15,276 bases of DNA from a virus (IMGVR_UViG_2687453449_000002); one strand, 5' to 3'. Shown: positions 1 to 7,542, counted from the stretch's first letter. The notes: generated by a model from the sequence alone, not told the origin. Numbers and translations are program-made.

Positions 1-822
1 TCAGCAGATATCCCGCCAGCACCAGCAACGCTTCGTAGAAGCCATTAAACACCAGTAGGCCAGTTCGTCATCCAGTGTTTTCCATGTCTGCTTGTATTCG
101 CGATGAATGGCAGCAATGACCGGGCTGATTTTTCCTGTTGAATTTTCAGTGTACTGTTGATTGGCTCTGGCGCGGGCGAGATCAACAACAGACGTGTATT
201 TTCCGGTTTCCTTGCGTTCACCTTCGCGACGTTTTTTCCAGATGCGCATCTCTGCCTGAATTTCGGGCCATTTAGCACCAGGAATACATTTATGCTTAAC
301 CCACCCAATGGCGTGCAACTTAAGCTCCGGATACATGGCGTTAACTTCTGGCATTTTCATCAACGCTTCAACGATATGTCCGTCGAATGTTGCCATGTCT
401 TCCTGCAACAATTCCTGTGCGCTAATAACCATATCAACGGTGATGTTTTCACATGTGTCGAACTTAACCATGACAGCGTTCTGTACTTCAGGGGCCAGCT
501 TGTCAAAAGTGACGTTCATCGGATCGGATTCAGTCTCAACCGGGACAAAAGAAGCAGACTCCTCATCCCAGCGGTTTTCCTGCATATATTCAGCATCCCA
601 TGAATCGAGGGCAGGGCGGGGTATGCCAGGTTTATCCTCGCAGACAATAAATTTATAAGCGCAGTCCTGAGCAGCCGGATAATGTTCCAGGAACTGCCAG
701 TGAAATTTTGCTCGAGCACGGCGTTCGTCGCCAGCTTCAATGGCTGTGGCTACAGCCACAGCGCCTTCTTCCCTTGTTGCCAGTTCGTCAGGAATAGCGG
801 CGCAAATAAAGACTTTACTCAT
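1..822 (-). CDS. Prophage protein of unknown function, last gene of the dicB operon in this window (ydfE position)
   Basis: Complete 273-aa ORF (stop at 1-3, ATG at 820-822) with GAGG about 10 nt upstream; follows ydfD on the same strand. Assigned by position only, not by sequence recognition. Confidence 0.65.
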   Translation of the reverse strand: MSKVFICAAIPDELATREEGAVAVATAIEAGDERRARAKFHWQFLEHYPAAQDCAYKFIVCEDKPGIPRPALDSWDAEYMQENRWDEESASFVPVETESDPMNVTFDKLAPEVQNAVMVKFDTCENITVDMVISAQELLQEDMATFDGHIVEALMKMPEVNAMYPELKLHAIGWVKHKCIPGAKWPEIQAEMRIWKKRREGERKETGKYTSVVDLARARANQQYTENSTGKISPVIAAIHREYKQTWKTLDDELAYWCLMASTKRCWCWRDIC

Positions 823-915
823 TTTGTTTTAACCTCATGACAGATTTAAGGATGAACAAATCCCTGCCATTGCTGGCATATAAGAATGAAACCGGATATT
901 TATTACGGAACTGTT

Positions 916-1107
916 TTAAAGACCTGCCGGGATTTCGATATTATCCTGGTGAATAACTTTATCGACCGGGTAACAGTTACCGGGAATTTTCTGTTCGGTT
1001 GCTGCAGTCATACACTCCTGCATTGTCCTGTGAACACTGTCTGCAATATCAACTGGCTCTCCGGAAACAAGAAAAACTGTCAGAACAAGCGCAAATGCTG
1101 AATTCAT
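916..1107 (-). CDS. ydfD: Small membrane/lysis protein YdfD-like (63 aa)
   Basis: Internal start MNSAFALVLTVFLVSGEP... within the 81-aa track ORF gives a 63-aa protein with a hydrophobic N-terminus; its ATG overlaps the dicB stop in an ATGA arrangement (1104-1107), indicating translational coupling. Confidence 0.6.
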   Translation of the reverse strand: MNSAFALVLTVFLVSGEPVDIADSVHRTMQECMTAATEQKIPGNCYPVDKVIHQDNIEIPAGL

Positions 1108-1292
1108 TGTGTACATCCTTTTGGCATCAGACGTAAACGAGCCAGCATTGAAACAATGCATATTTTATTTAATAGCTCCCGTTCTTGTTTTCTCTTGTTA
1201 ATGGCATCTTCAGTAAATACAGGGTTACTGATAGTGACACCAATTTCAAAACAACCTTCAGACGTATTAACGTTTGGTAATAACGTTTTCAT
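1104..1292 (-). CDS. dicB: Cell division inhibitor DicB (62 aa)
   Basis: Internal start of the 97-aa track ORF gives MKTLLPNVNTSEGCFEIGVTISNPVFTEDAINKRKQERELLNKICIVSMLARLRLMPKGCTQ, recognised as DicB; GAGGA Shine-Dalgarno 7 nt upstream; lies downstream of DicF as in Qin. Confidence 0.9.
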   Translation of the reverse strand: MKTLLPNVNTSEGCFEIGVTISNPVFTEDAINKRKQERELLNKICIVSMLARLRLMPKGCTQ

Positions 1293-1461
1293 TATCGCGT
1301 CCTCAACAATGAATTTTGTGATGCAGTGCCTGGTGCCTCCAGGTGACGTTAACCAGTTAACAATTAACGCCGGATACAGAGAATCCACCCATAACACTGT
1401 TTTTGGTTTTAACTGTTCCGCGTGCGCTTAGCCGCATTCACCGCATCACAAAATTCACTTT

Positions 1462-1519
1462 AAAAACGGCGGCAGAGCAGTCACGGAGTAAAACTGATAC
1501 CGCCAAACGTCACCAGAAA
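1462..1519 (-). ncRNA. dicF: DicF small regulatory RNA (ftsZ-targeting), with its intrinsic terminator
   Basis: Minus-strand sequence tttctggtgacgtttggcggtatcagttttactccgtgactgctctgccgccgttttt matches the remembered DicF sRNA, including a GC-rich 3' hairpin plus T-run; located between the upstream ORFs and dicB. Confidence 0.85.
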
Positions 1520-1794
1520 ATTGATAACAGAGGGCGTTGCAGCGGGGTTGTCACTTAAGCGTATGGTCAACCTGACAACTCGGTGTCCTCAACGGGGAAG
1601 GAATAACCCCGCCATACTTACCGCCGCGCCATTTCGCGGGTTGCCACAACCGGAAGCGCACGGTCGAATTAAATTTAACGACACCGTACAGTGAGACGAA
1701 CTTCGCCGTGCGCTTTCGTGTTGTGTGCCTGCTTTTAACCACGTCAGGCGAGGTGGTATCCTTCTTATCCCGAATAACCAAGAAGGAAATCTAT

Positions 1795-1995
1795 ATGACT
1801 AAAGAAGAATTTGTCTCTTATATTTTTGATAAAACGGTTGAAATGTATGCCGCTACTTACGGGTCCTGTAATCCTCTGAATAAACCAGAGGGGAAAGATG
1901 ATTTCGACAAAATTTACCGCTTCTTGGAGGACCGCTATATCAAAAGGTTAGAGGACGCAGGGATCAAATCCCCAGTGAAGTCACCATTGTCCTGA
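1795..1995 (+). CDS. Hypothetical 66-aa protein encoded antisense to the dicB operon (uncertain)
   Basis: ATG at 1795 preceded by AGAAGGAAAT Shine-Dalgarno (5-nt spacer); AT-rich codon usage; its 3' end overlaps the convergent 125-aa ORF by about 32 bp. Confidence 0.3.
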   Translation: MTKEEFVSYIFDKTVEMYAATYGSCNPLNKPEGKDDFDKIYRFLEDRYIKRLEDAGIKSPVKSPLS

Positions 1996-2341
1996 GAACT
2001 TGCAGGACGTCATGATCGTAACTTCCATCCAAACCGCGACGGCAAATTGCTTCTCGTATTACCGGAAGCAGTTCGCTGGAAATCTCGGTGCATATTTCAC
2101 CTGATAATACGCCTGGCTCAAGTGAGAATATTGGTGAACTTACGGTCTTGGTCTCGACAGTTTCAGAGTCAGTGCCAACATTATAAAGCTCAACGAAAGC
2201 GGTCTTGATTTTCCGGGCCAGATCTTTTGCTGGCTCGCTTGCAATATCTTTCCCGATTTCTCGCAGCACAGAATGCAATGTATGAGCTGCTGTTTTCTGT
2301 ACATCAGACGGTAAATCTTTAAATTCCATCGTCAGCCTCAT
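1964..2341 (-). CDS. Hypothetical 125-aa protein of the dicB operon (ydfB/ydfC position)
   Basis: ORF MRLTMEFKDLPSDVQ... whose ATG overlaps the ydfA stop (ATGA at 2339-2343); co-directional with dicA, ydfA and dicB. Confidence 0.6.
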   Translation of the reverse strand: MRLTMEFKDLPSDVQKTAAHTLHSVLREIGKDIASEPAKDLARKIKTAFVELYNVGTDSETVETKTVSSPIFSLEPGVLSGEICTEISSELLPVIREAICRRGLDGSYDHDVLQVLRTMVTSLGI

Positions 2342-2493
2342 CAGTCAGTGTTTCTGGCTAACCAGCAACGCGCGCCAGATTCGGTTTTAAACGTTTTGCT
2401 TTTGGTATATGTCATCGCGGTGAACGTACCGTCCTGGTTGGGGAACACGCCACATACCAGAGATTCGCTGTTGCCAAGATCGATAGTATCCAT
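2341..2493 (-). CDS. ydfA: Small protein YdfA-like (50 aa)
   Basis: Internal start MDTIDLGNSESLVCGVFPNQDGTFTAMTYTKSKTFKTESGARCWLARNTD with GAGG 6 nt upstream; first gene after dicA on the same strand, as in Qin. Confidence 0.7.
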   Translation of the reverse strand: MDTIDLGNSESLVCGVFPNQDGTFTAMTYTKSKTFKTESGARCWLARNTD

Positions 2494-2605
2494 GCTGACC
2501 TCATTTCCCCTTAACGCCGGGGTAGCGGAACTGTTTGCTGAGAACACCGTGCGGTGTCTTGATGGAAAGTAATTTAGAATAACCTAACATGAGAGGCAAG
2601 TGTTT

Positions 2606-2627
2606 TTTGTTAGATTGATCTAACAAA
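2606..2627. promoter_or_regulatory. Operator-like palindrome in the dicB-operon promoter region (putative DicA site)
   Basis: Perfect inverted repeat tttgttagat-tg-atctaacaaa sharing the core GTTAGA-N4-TCTAAC with two sites in the dicA/dicC intergenic region; lies between the dicA stop and the ydfA start. Confidence 0.6.
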
Positions 2628-2661
2628 AAGGGTGGGCGCAACTAATCACTTGAAAAGAATG

Positions 2662-3069
2662 TTATTTTATTGATTTATTTTTACGCGCTTTAAGCATTTC
2701 TTCGAAGAGTTTGTTGAAGTTTTCTACTCTTGCGCGCATTTCAGACAGCAAGGCTTCCTGCTCGGAAGATGGAAGAGCATCGAATAATTCGATCAATTCT
2801 TTGTGGTTGGGAGTTAGCTCTGTTTCCACATGAAGTTCTTGTGCAGGCACTGGTGCCTTGTCTTCGTCACCAAACATTAGCCATGTAGGTGAGCACTTCA
2901 GAGCATCCGCTAAAGCAAACAATCGTTTTCCGACTGGCTGGGTTTCGTCTCTTTCCCATTGTGAAATTGTGACGTGAGCAACTCCAGCGAGGCGCGCAGC
3001 TTCTCGTTGTGTTAAGCGTAATTCTTTTCGTCGCGCCAGAACTCGCTGGCCTAGGGTTCTTGTATCCAT
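2662..3069 (-). CDS. dicA: HTH-XRE repressor DicA (cI-like), 135 aa
   Basis: N-terminal HTH (LRLTQREAARLAGVAHVTISQWERDETQP), the C-terminal segment MRARVENFNKLFEEMLKAR remembered from DicA, correct length, and divergent from a cro-like dicC. Confidence 0.85.
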   Translation of the reverse strand: MDTRTLGQRVLARRKELRLTQREAARLAGVAHVTISQWERDETQPVGKRLFALADALKCSPTWLMFGDEDKAPVPAQELHVETELTPNHKELIELFDALPSSEQEALLSEMRARVENFNKLFEEMLKARKNKSIK

Positions 3070-3149
3070 AGTTAGGTAATTCTAATTTTTCTTGACTTAG
3101 GTATCCCGCGCACAATAATGTTAGAAAAGTCTAACAAGAGGGGGCTTTG
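3070..3149. promoter_or_regulatory. dicA/dicC divergent promoter-operator region
   Basis: Two palindromes GTTAGG-taat-TCTAAT (3071-3086) and GTTAGA-aaag-TCTAAC (3120-3135); rightward promoter candidate TTGACT (3092-3097), 16-17 bp spacer, AATAAT/ATAATG (3114-3120), the second palindrome overlapping the -10/+1; GAGGGGG Shine-Dalgarno before dicC. Confidence 0.65.
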
Positions 3150-3377
3150 ATGCTTAAAGTTGACGCAATTACTTTTTTTGGCAGCAAAACAAAGCTTGCC
3201 AATGCCGCAGGAGTGAGACTGGCAAGTGTTGCTGCTTGGGGGATACTGGTTCCTGAAGGTCGCGCGATGCGTCTACAGGAGGCATCTGGCGGGGAGCTTC
3301 AGTATGATCCCAAAGTTTATGACGAATATCGTAAGACGAAGCGGGCGGGGCGGTTGAACAATGAAAATCACTCCTGA
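3150..3377 (+). CDS. dicC: Cro-like regulator DicC (75 aa from the ATG; the track ORF begins 3 nt earlier at TTG)
   Basis: MLKVDAITFFGSKTKLANAAGVRLASVAAWG...RLQEASGGELQYDPKVYDEYRKTKRAGRLNNENHS, recognised as DicC-like; divergent from dicA; Shine-Dalgarno 6 nt upstream of the ATG at 3150. Confidence 0.8.
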   Translation: MLKVDAITFFGSKTKLANAAGVRLASVAAWGILVPEGRAMRLQEASGGELQYDPKVYDEYRKTKRAGRLNNENHS

Positions 3378-3882
3378 ACAGGCTCGTGAGGCTCTGGATG
3401 CCTGGATATGTCGACCAGGAATGACACAGGAGCAGGCGACGATATTAATCACTGAAGCATTCTGGGCTTTGAAAGAGCGCCCGAACATCGATGTTCAGCG
3501 TGTCACATATGAAGGTGGCGCGGTTGATCAGCGAGCGCTTAGCGTTAATCGAGTGAAGATATTCGAACGCTGGAAGGCTATCGACACCAGGGATAAGCGT
3601 GAAAAGTTCACAGCGCTAGTGCCTGCAATTATGGAGGCTATCCGGATTAGTGATTTCAGGTTGTATCGTGAGATCAGTGATGGAAAAAGTATTACGTACA
3701 TGATCGCCGGGTTAAATAAAGAATATGGCGATGTGGTGGAATCCGGACTGCTTTTTGCAGATCCTGCCGTTGTAGATCGTGAAACTGACGAACTTATAGA
3801 AAAAGCAATTGCTTTCAAGCTTGCGTATCGACAGCAATACCAACAAAAAGCTGGATGGAATTATGAGTCTTCTTTTTGCTGA
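3361..3882 (+). CDS. cII-position early protein, possibly YdaT-family (173 aa)
   Basis: ORF immediately after the cro-like gene, with its start overlapping the dicC 3' end; family assignment is by position and weak recollection only. Confidence 0.5.
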   Translation: MKITPEQAREALDAWICRPGMTQEQATILITEAFWALKERPNIDVQRVTYEGGAVDQRALSVNRVKIFERWKAIDTRDKREKFTALVPAIMEAIRISDFRLYREISDGKSITYMIAGLNKEYGDVVESGLLFADPAVVDRETDELIEKAIAFKLAYRQQYQQKAGWNYESSFC

Positions 3883-4828
3883 ACGCCCACTGGTTATAAA
3901 CACGCAGCTGGCAATGAAAATCGGCTTAAACGAAGCCATTGTTTTGCAACAACTGCACTACTGGTTGAGAGATACCAACTCCGGTATGGAATGTGATGGT
4001 GTTCGCTGGATTTATAACACAACGGAACAATGGCTGGAACAGTTCCCATTCTGGTCAGAGTCAACGTTAAAGCGCGCGTTTGCAAGTCTGAAAACGCTGG
4101 GGCTTTTGCGTTGTGAAAAGCTCAATAAATCAAAGCGCGATATGACCAATTTCTACACGATCAACTATGGGAGCGAGCTTTTAGATGGTGGCAAATTGAA
4201 CGAATCCATCGGTTCAAAATGCGCCGCTCCATCAGGTCAAAATGACACGATGGAAGAGGTCAAAATGAAACGCTCCATTGGTTCAAAACGATCCAATGTC
4301 ATCGGGTCAAAATGGCCTGATGATCTTACAGAGAATACAACAGAGATTACTACAGAGAATAAAAACACTTTTCGTCCGGAAGCTTCGCAACCGGACCCGC
4401 AGACGACTGAACAGGATTTTTTAACCCGGAACTCCGACGCGGTTGTGTTTAGTGCGAAAAAACGCCAGTGGGGTAGCAGGGAGGATTTGGCGTGTGCGCA
4501 GTGGATCTGGGGGCGGATCGTGGGTCTCTACGAACAGGCAGCCAGTGATGATGGCGAGATCATGCGACCAAAAGAGCCTAACTGGACTGCCTGGGCCAAT
4601 GACGTGCGCACAATGCGGATGCTGGATGGCAGAAGCCACAGACAAATTTGCGAAATGTTTGGTCGGGTTCAGCGAGATCCATTCTGGGTAAAAAACATCA
4701 TGAGCCCGTCAAAGCTCCGCGAAAAATGGGACGAACTGGTCATCCGCCTGGGACGTTCACCTGTACAGCGTTGTGTTAATCATATTTCTGAACCGGATAC
4801 AGAAATTCCGCCTGGTTTCAGAGGATAA
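3863..4828 (+). CDS. Phage replication initiation protein (lambda O / YdaU-like replisome organiser), 321 aa
   Basis: N-terminal domain resembling replisome-organiser HTH (LNEAIVLQQLHYWLRDT...STLKRAFASLKTLGLLR), a central linker encoded by iteron DNA, and a distinct C-terminal domain; start chosen at ATG 3863 (MSLLFAERP), overlapping the upstream stop by 20 nt. Confidence 0.7.
   Translation: MSLLFAERPLVINTQLAMKIGLNEAIVLQQLHYWLRDTNSGMECDGVRWIYNTTEQWLEQFPFWSESTLKRAFASLKTLGLLRCEKLNKSKRDMTNFYTINYGSELLDGGKLNESIGSKCAAPSGQNDTMEEVKMKRSIGSKRSNVIGSKWPDDLTENTTEITTENKNTFRPEASQPDPQTTEQDFLTRNSDAVVFSAKKRQWGSREDLACAQWIWGRIVGLYEQAASDDGEIMRPKEPNWTAWANDVRTMRMLDGRSHRQICEMFGRVQRDPFWVKNIMSPSKLREKWDELVIRLGRSPVQRCVNHISEPDTEIPPGFRG
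4204..4314 (+). repeat. Five direct iterons (putative prophage replication origin) inside the replication initiator gene
   Basis: Core GGT(T)CAAAA(T/C)G ending at 4221, 4244, 4267, 4290 and 4314 (23-24 bp periodicity), several with a TCCATC prefix; followed by an A-rich ACAGAGA-repeat stretch (4315-4365); encodes IGSK peptide repeats. Confidence 0.65.
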
Positions 4829-4868
4829 GTGTTGATTTCAGGTCATGAGGTAATTTTAAGGGGGAGTT

Positions 4869-5291
4869 GTGGCAAAAGTTTTTACACAAGAAGAGCGGGA
4901 AAAAATTAAAGGGCAGGTGGTGGAACTCGTGCGCCAGAGCGGTCGTGAGACGTTACGGCAACTGGAAGCTAAAACAGGTGCGACTAGATATCTGATGAGC
5001 GTTCTTGCCAGAGAGCTGGTAGCCAGTGGCGATGTATACAACTCCGGCTACGGGTTATTCCCGTCTGAACAGGCGCGTAAGGACTGGCAAAACGCCCGCA
5101 AAAAACTCTCGAGGGCAAAGGTGAAGAAACCTGCTGTGGTTGATCCGGACCTTATCTGGTCATTACCTGATGGAGAAATACGCCGCTACGACAGTCGTCT
5201 AAACATAATCTGTCGCGAGTGCCGGAAGAGCGAAGTTATGCAGCGTGTTCTGACGTTTTATCAGGGGAATTATCGGGAGGTGATGCTGTGA
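4869..5291 (+). CDS. Hypothetical 140-aa protein, possible winged-helix DNA-binding protein
   Basis: GTG start at 4869 preceded by AAGGGGGAG Shine-Dalgarno; coherent ORF MAKVFTQEEREKIKGQVVELVRQSGRETLRQLEAKTGATRYLMSVLARELV...; no family recognised. Confidence 0.55.
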   Translation: MAKVFTQEEREKIKGQVVELVRQSGRETLRQLEAKTGATRYLMSVLARELVASGDVYNSGYGLFPSEQARKDWQNARKKLSRAKVKKPAVVDPDLIWSLPDGEIRRYDSRLNIICRECRKSEVMQRVLTFYQGNYREVML

Positions 5292-5521
5292 GTACATCGG
5301 CTACCATTCTCGACATGTGCTGTGGCAGTCGCATGCTCTGGTTCGATAAGAATGACGAATGGTCGATATTTAGCGATATCAGGAAAGAGGAACATTCGCT
5401 ATGTGATGGACGTCACCCGATTATTAATCCCGACATTATAGCTGATTTTCGTGCGCTGCCGTGGTTGTCTGCTTTGCATCAAAAGCAGACATTACCAGAT
5501 TTAGACATCTGTTTCCGATAG
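5288..5521 (+). CDS. Short ORF (77 aa from GTG 5288) with a SAM-methyltransferase motif-I-like segment; possible gene fragment
   Basis: GTGA start/stop overlap with the 140-aa ORF; contains [15 protein letters not shown], resembling the glycine-rich SAM-binding motif; too short for a complete methyltransferase. Confidence 0.3.
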   Translation: MSTSATILDMCCGSRMLWFDKNDEWSIFSDIRKEEHSLCDGRHPIINPDIIADFRALPWLSALHQKQTLPDLDICFR

Positions 5522-5553
5522 CCCGTTCTGATGCTACACTTTTTGCTATTTTC

Positions 5554-6240
5554 ATGAACCTCATAAACACATTTATGACTGTTGCTGATTTCAAACGCCC
5601 CAAATTGGAGCTCCCAAACGGGGCAAAAAAACTATTACTGCACTCTTGCTGTGCTCCATGTTCCGGTGAAGTGATGGAGGCGCTTCAGGCCTCGGGAATC
5701 GACTACACCATCTTTTTCTACAACCCGAACATTCATCCTCAGAAAGAGTATTTAATTCGTAAGGATGAGAATATTCGCTTTGCTAAACAACACGGCGTGC
5801 CATTTATTGATGCTGATTACGACACAGACAACTGGTTTGAGCGAGCCAAAGGAATGGAATGGGAGCCTGAACGAGGGATCCGTTGTACCATGTGTTTTGA
5901 CATGCGTTTTGAGCGGACTGCGCTGTATGCCGCTGAAAATGGTTTCAGTGTGATCAGTAGCTCACTGGGCATTTCACGCTGGAAAAATATGCAGCAGGTT
6001 AACGACTGTGGACGGCGAGCCGTCGCGTATTATCCGGGCATGGTGTACTGGGATTATAACTGGCGAAAGCAGGGCGGCTCTTCCCGCATGATTGAAATCA
6101 GCAAGCGCGAACAATTCTATCAGCAGGAATATTGTGGCTGCGTGTATTCACTGCGCGATACCAATCTACACCGCAAATCTCAGGGACGCCCTCTAATCAA
6201 AATTGGTCAACTCCACTACGGTAAAGAAGGCCAGGAATGA
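5554..6240 (+). CDS. queH: QueH-family (DUF208) epoxyqueuosine reductase-like protein; start uncertain (GTG 5461, ATG 5554 or ATG 5575)
   Basis: Hallmark [13 protein letters not shown] near the N-terminus and EYCGCVYS near the C-terminus, consistent with the cysteine motifs of DUF208/QueH as remembered; about 220-260 aa; no clear Shine-Dalgarno at any candidate start. Confidence 0.65.
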   Translation: MNLINTFMTVADFKRPKLELPNGAKKLLLHSCCAPCSGEVMEALQASGIDYTIFFYNPNIHPQKEYLIRKDENIRFAKQHGVPFIDADYDTDNWFERAKGMEWEPERGIRCTMCFDMRFERTALYAAENGFSVISSSLGISRWKNMQQVNDCGRRAVAYYPGMVYWDYNWRKQGGSSRMIEISKREQFYQQEYCGCVYSLRDTNLHRKSQGRPLIKIGQLHYGKEGQE

Positions 6241-6320
6241 TTTTATATTATGCCAACGGAGCGTAGCAGTGTTTCTATATATAGTACGCCTACCTTAATT
6301 TTCAAATAATCATGATTAAT

Positions 6321-6353
6321 GAGCAGGTCATCAGTGCAAGCAATGACCTGCTC
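6321..6353 (+). terminator. Hairpin downstream of the queH-like gene (possible terminator or processing site)
   Basis: 11-bp perfect stem gagcaggtcat / atgacctgctc with an 11-nt loop, followed by a weak T-containing tail (atcttgttg). Confidence 0.4.
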
Positions 6354-6687
6354 ATCTTGTTGAAATTAGAGGAAATCTTGCAGCCATGATATGGCTTAAA
6401 ATAACGTTTGATTATTTTACCTGCTGTTTGTCCCTGGTTTAAAGTCGGTTGTCTGATTTGATTACGCGCAACTGACGCTTACGTATTGAAGTAACGAGCA
6501 CGAAGACACATATTTATCAGTGCCTGTATACGTCAAGAGCAGGAGATTTATGTGCTGGTTCTCAAATGCACGCTGGCTATTGTGGCTGTAATGGCAATTT
6601 ATTGTCTTGTTATTGTTCTTATGGATCACCTTTCTGATTGATTTCATATTGGAGAGGTAACGGTAGTTAAGTAGAATGGCTGCGGGT

Positions 6688-6852
6688 GCTTGAGGCTATC
6701 TGCCTCGGGCATGAACACCAACGGCAGATAGAGAAAAGCCCCAGTTAACATTACGCGTCCTGCAAGACGCTTAACATTAATCTGAGGCCAATTTCATGCT
6801 AGACACATGTAGGTTAGCCTCTTACGTGCCGAAAGGCAAGGAGAAGCAGGCT
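6688..6852 (+). promoter_or_regulatory. hok mRNA 5' leader with tac/ucb-like elements and an in-frame mok-like upstream start (6796)
   Basis: Sequence ggtgcttgaggctatctgcctc...ggcagatagagaaaagcccc...agcctcttac...gcaaggagaag resembles the conserved structured leader of hok-family mRNAs. Confidence 0.5.
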
Positions 6853-7008
6853 ATGAAGCAGCAAAAGGCGATGTTAATCGCCCTGATCGTCATCTGTTTA
6901 ACCGTCATAGTGACGGCACTGGTAACGAGGAAAGACCTCTGCGAGGTACGAATCCGAACCGGCCAGACGGAGGTCGCTGTCTTCACAGCTTACGAACCTG
7001 AGGAGTAA
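6853..7008 (+). CDS. hokD: Hok-family type I toxin (51 aa), HokD/RelF-like
   Basis: MKQQKAMLIALIVICLTVIVTALVTRKDLCEVRIRTGQTEVAVFTAYEPEE: single transmembrane helix and conserved Hok C-terminus; AAGGAGAAG Shine-Dalgarno upstream. Confidence 0.9.
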   Translation: MKQQKAMLIALIVICLTVIVTALVTRKDLCEVRIRTGQTEVAVFTAYEPEE

Positions 7009-7076
7009 GAGACCCGGCGAGGGAGAAATCCCTCGCCACCTCTGATGTGGCAGGCATCCTCAACGCACTCGCACTT

Positions 7077-7100
7077 AACCCGCTTCGGCGGGTTTTTGTT
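7077..7100 (+). terminator. Rho-independent terminator at the hok mRNA 3' end
   Basis: Stem aacccgc / gcgggtt with ttcg loop, followed by tttttgtttttatttt; preceded by a fold-back-like segment (catcctcaacgcac) partly complementary to the 5' leader. Confidence 0.8.
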
Positions 7101-7224
7101 TTTATTTTCAACGCGTTTGAAGTTCTGGACGGTGCCGGAATAGAATCAAAAATACTTAAGTAGCGCGCAGGGATAAGAGGGATGGTCCCTTAAAGGGGAG
7201 AGCTAATTATCCGGAAGGATTCTG

Positions 7225-7476
7225 ATGATGAACATCGAAGAACTGCGTAAAAATTTTTGTGAAGATGGCCTCTATGCTGTGTGCGTTGAAAATGGAAATC
7301 TTGTTAGTCATTACCGCATTATGTGTTTGCGAAAGAATGGGGCTGCGTTAATTAATTTTGTGGATGGTCGAGTGACAGACGGATTTATCTTGCGCGAAGG
7401 TGAGTTTGTCACTTCATTACAGGCACTGAAAGAGATCGGAATAAAAGCAGGCTTTTCAGCTTTTGCAGAAGAATAA
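7225..7476 (+). CDS. rem: Rem-like small prophage protein (83 aa)
   Basis: MMNIEELRKNFCEDGLYAVCVENGNLVSHYRIMCLRKNGAALINFVDG...; GGAAGGA Shine-Dalgarno; lies directly downstream of hok as rem does relative to hokD in Qin. Confidence 0.7.
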   Translation: MMNIEELRKNFCEDGLYAVCVENGNLVSHYRIMCLRKNGAALINFVDGRVTDGFILREGEFVTSLQALKEIGIKAGFSAFAEE

Positions 7477-7542
7477 ACTCATCTACAATCTTGCGCGGGG
7501 CTGAACTCCCGCTGAGTAACACCGTGCCACCGGAGAAAACCG

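Noticed and set aside
157-658. Plus-strand ORFs of 148 and 116 aa
   Set aside because: Antisense to the 273-aa ydfE-position gene, with no ribosome-binding sites and unprotein-like composition.
886-1431. Plus-strand ORFs at 886-1101 and 1156-1431
   Set aside because: Antisense to the well-supported ydfD and dicB genes.
1551-1781. 76-aa minus-strand ORF just upstream of dicF
   Set aside because: Would start at TTG with no Shine-Dalgarno and has odd composition; this stretch is more likely structured precursor RNA flanking DicF. A short ydfC-like gene here cannot be excluded.
3809-3862. Longer start (339 aa) for the replication protein
   Set aside because: It would overlap the upstream gene by 74 nt; the ATG at 3863 (MSLLFAERP) gives a typical short overlap.
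5219-5287. Longer 100-aa version of the methyltransferase-like ORF
   Set aside because: It overlaps the last 70 nt of the 140-aa gene in another frame; the GTG at 5288 in a GTGA start/stop overlap is the more plausible start, if the ORF is real at all.
6550-6591. 13-codon Trp-rich ORF (MCWFSNARWLLWL) preceded by an AGGAG Shine-Dalgarno, and a nearby 16-codon hydrophobic ORF
   Set aside because: Too short and not recognisably conserved to call a gene or leader peptide; noted only because of the good Shine-Dalgarno upstream of the hok locus.
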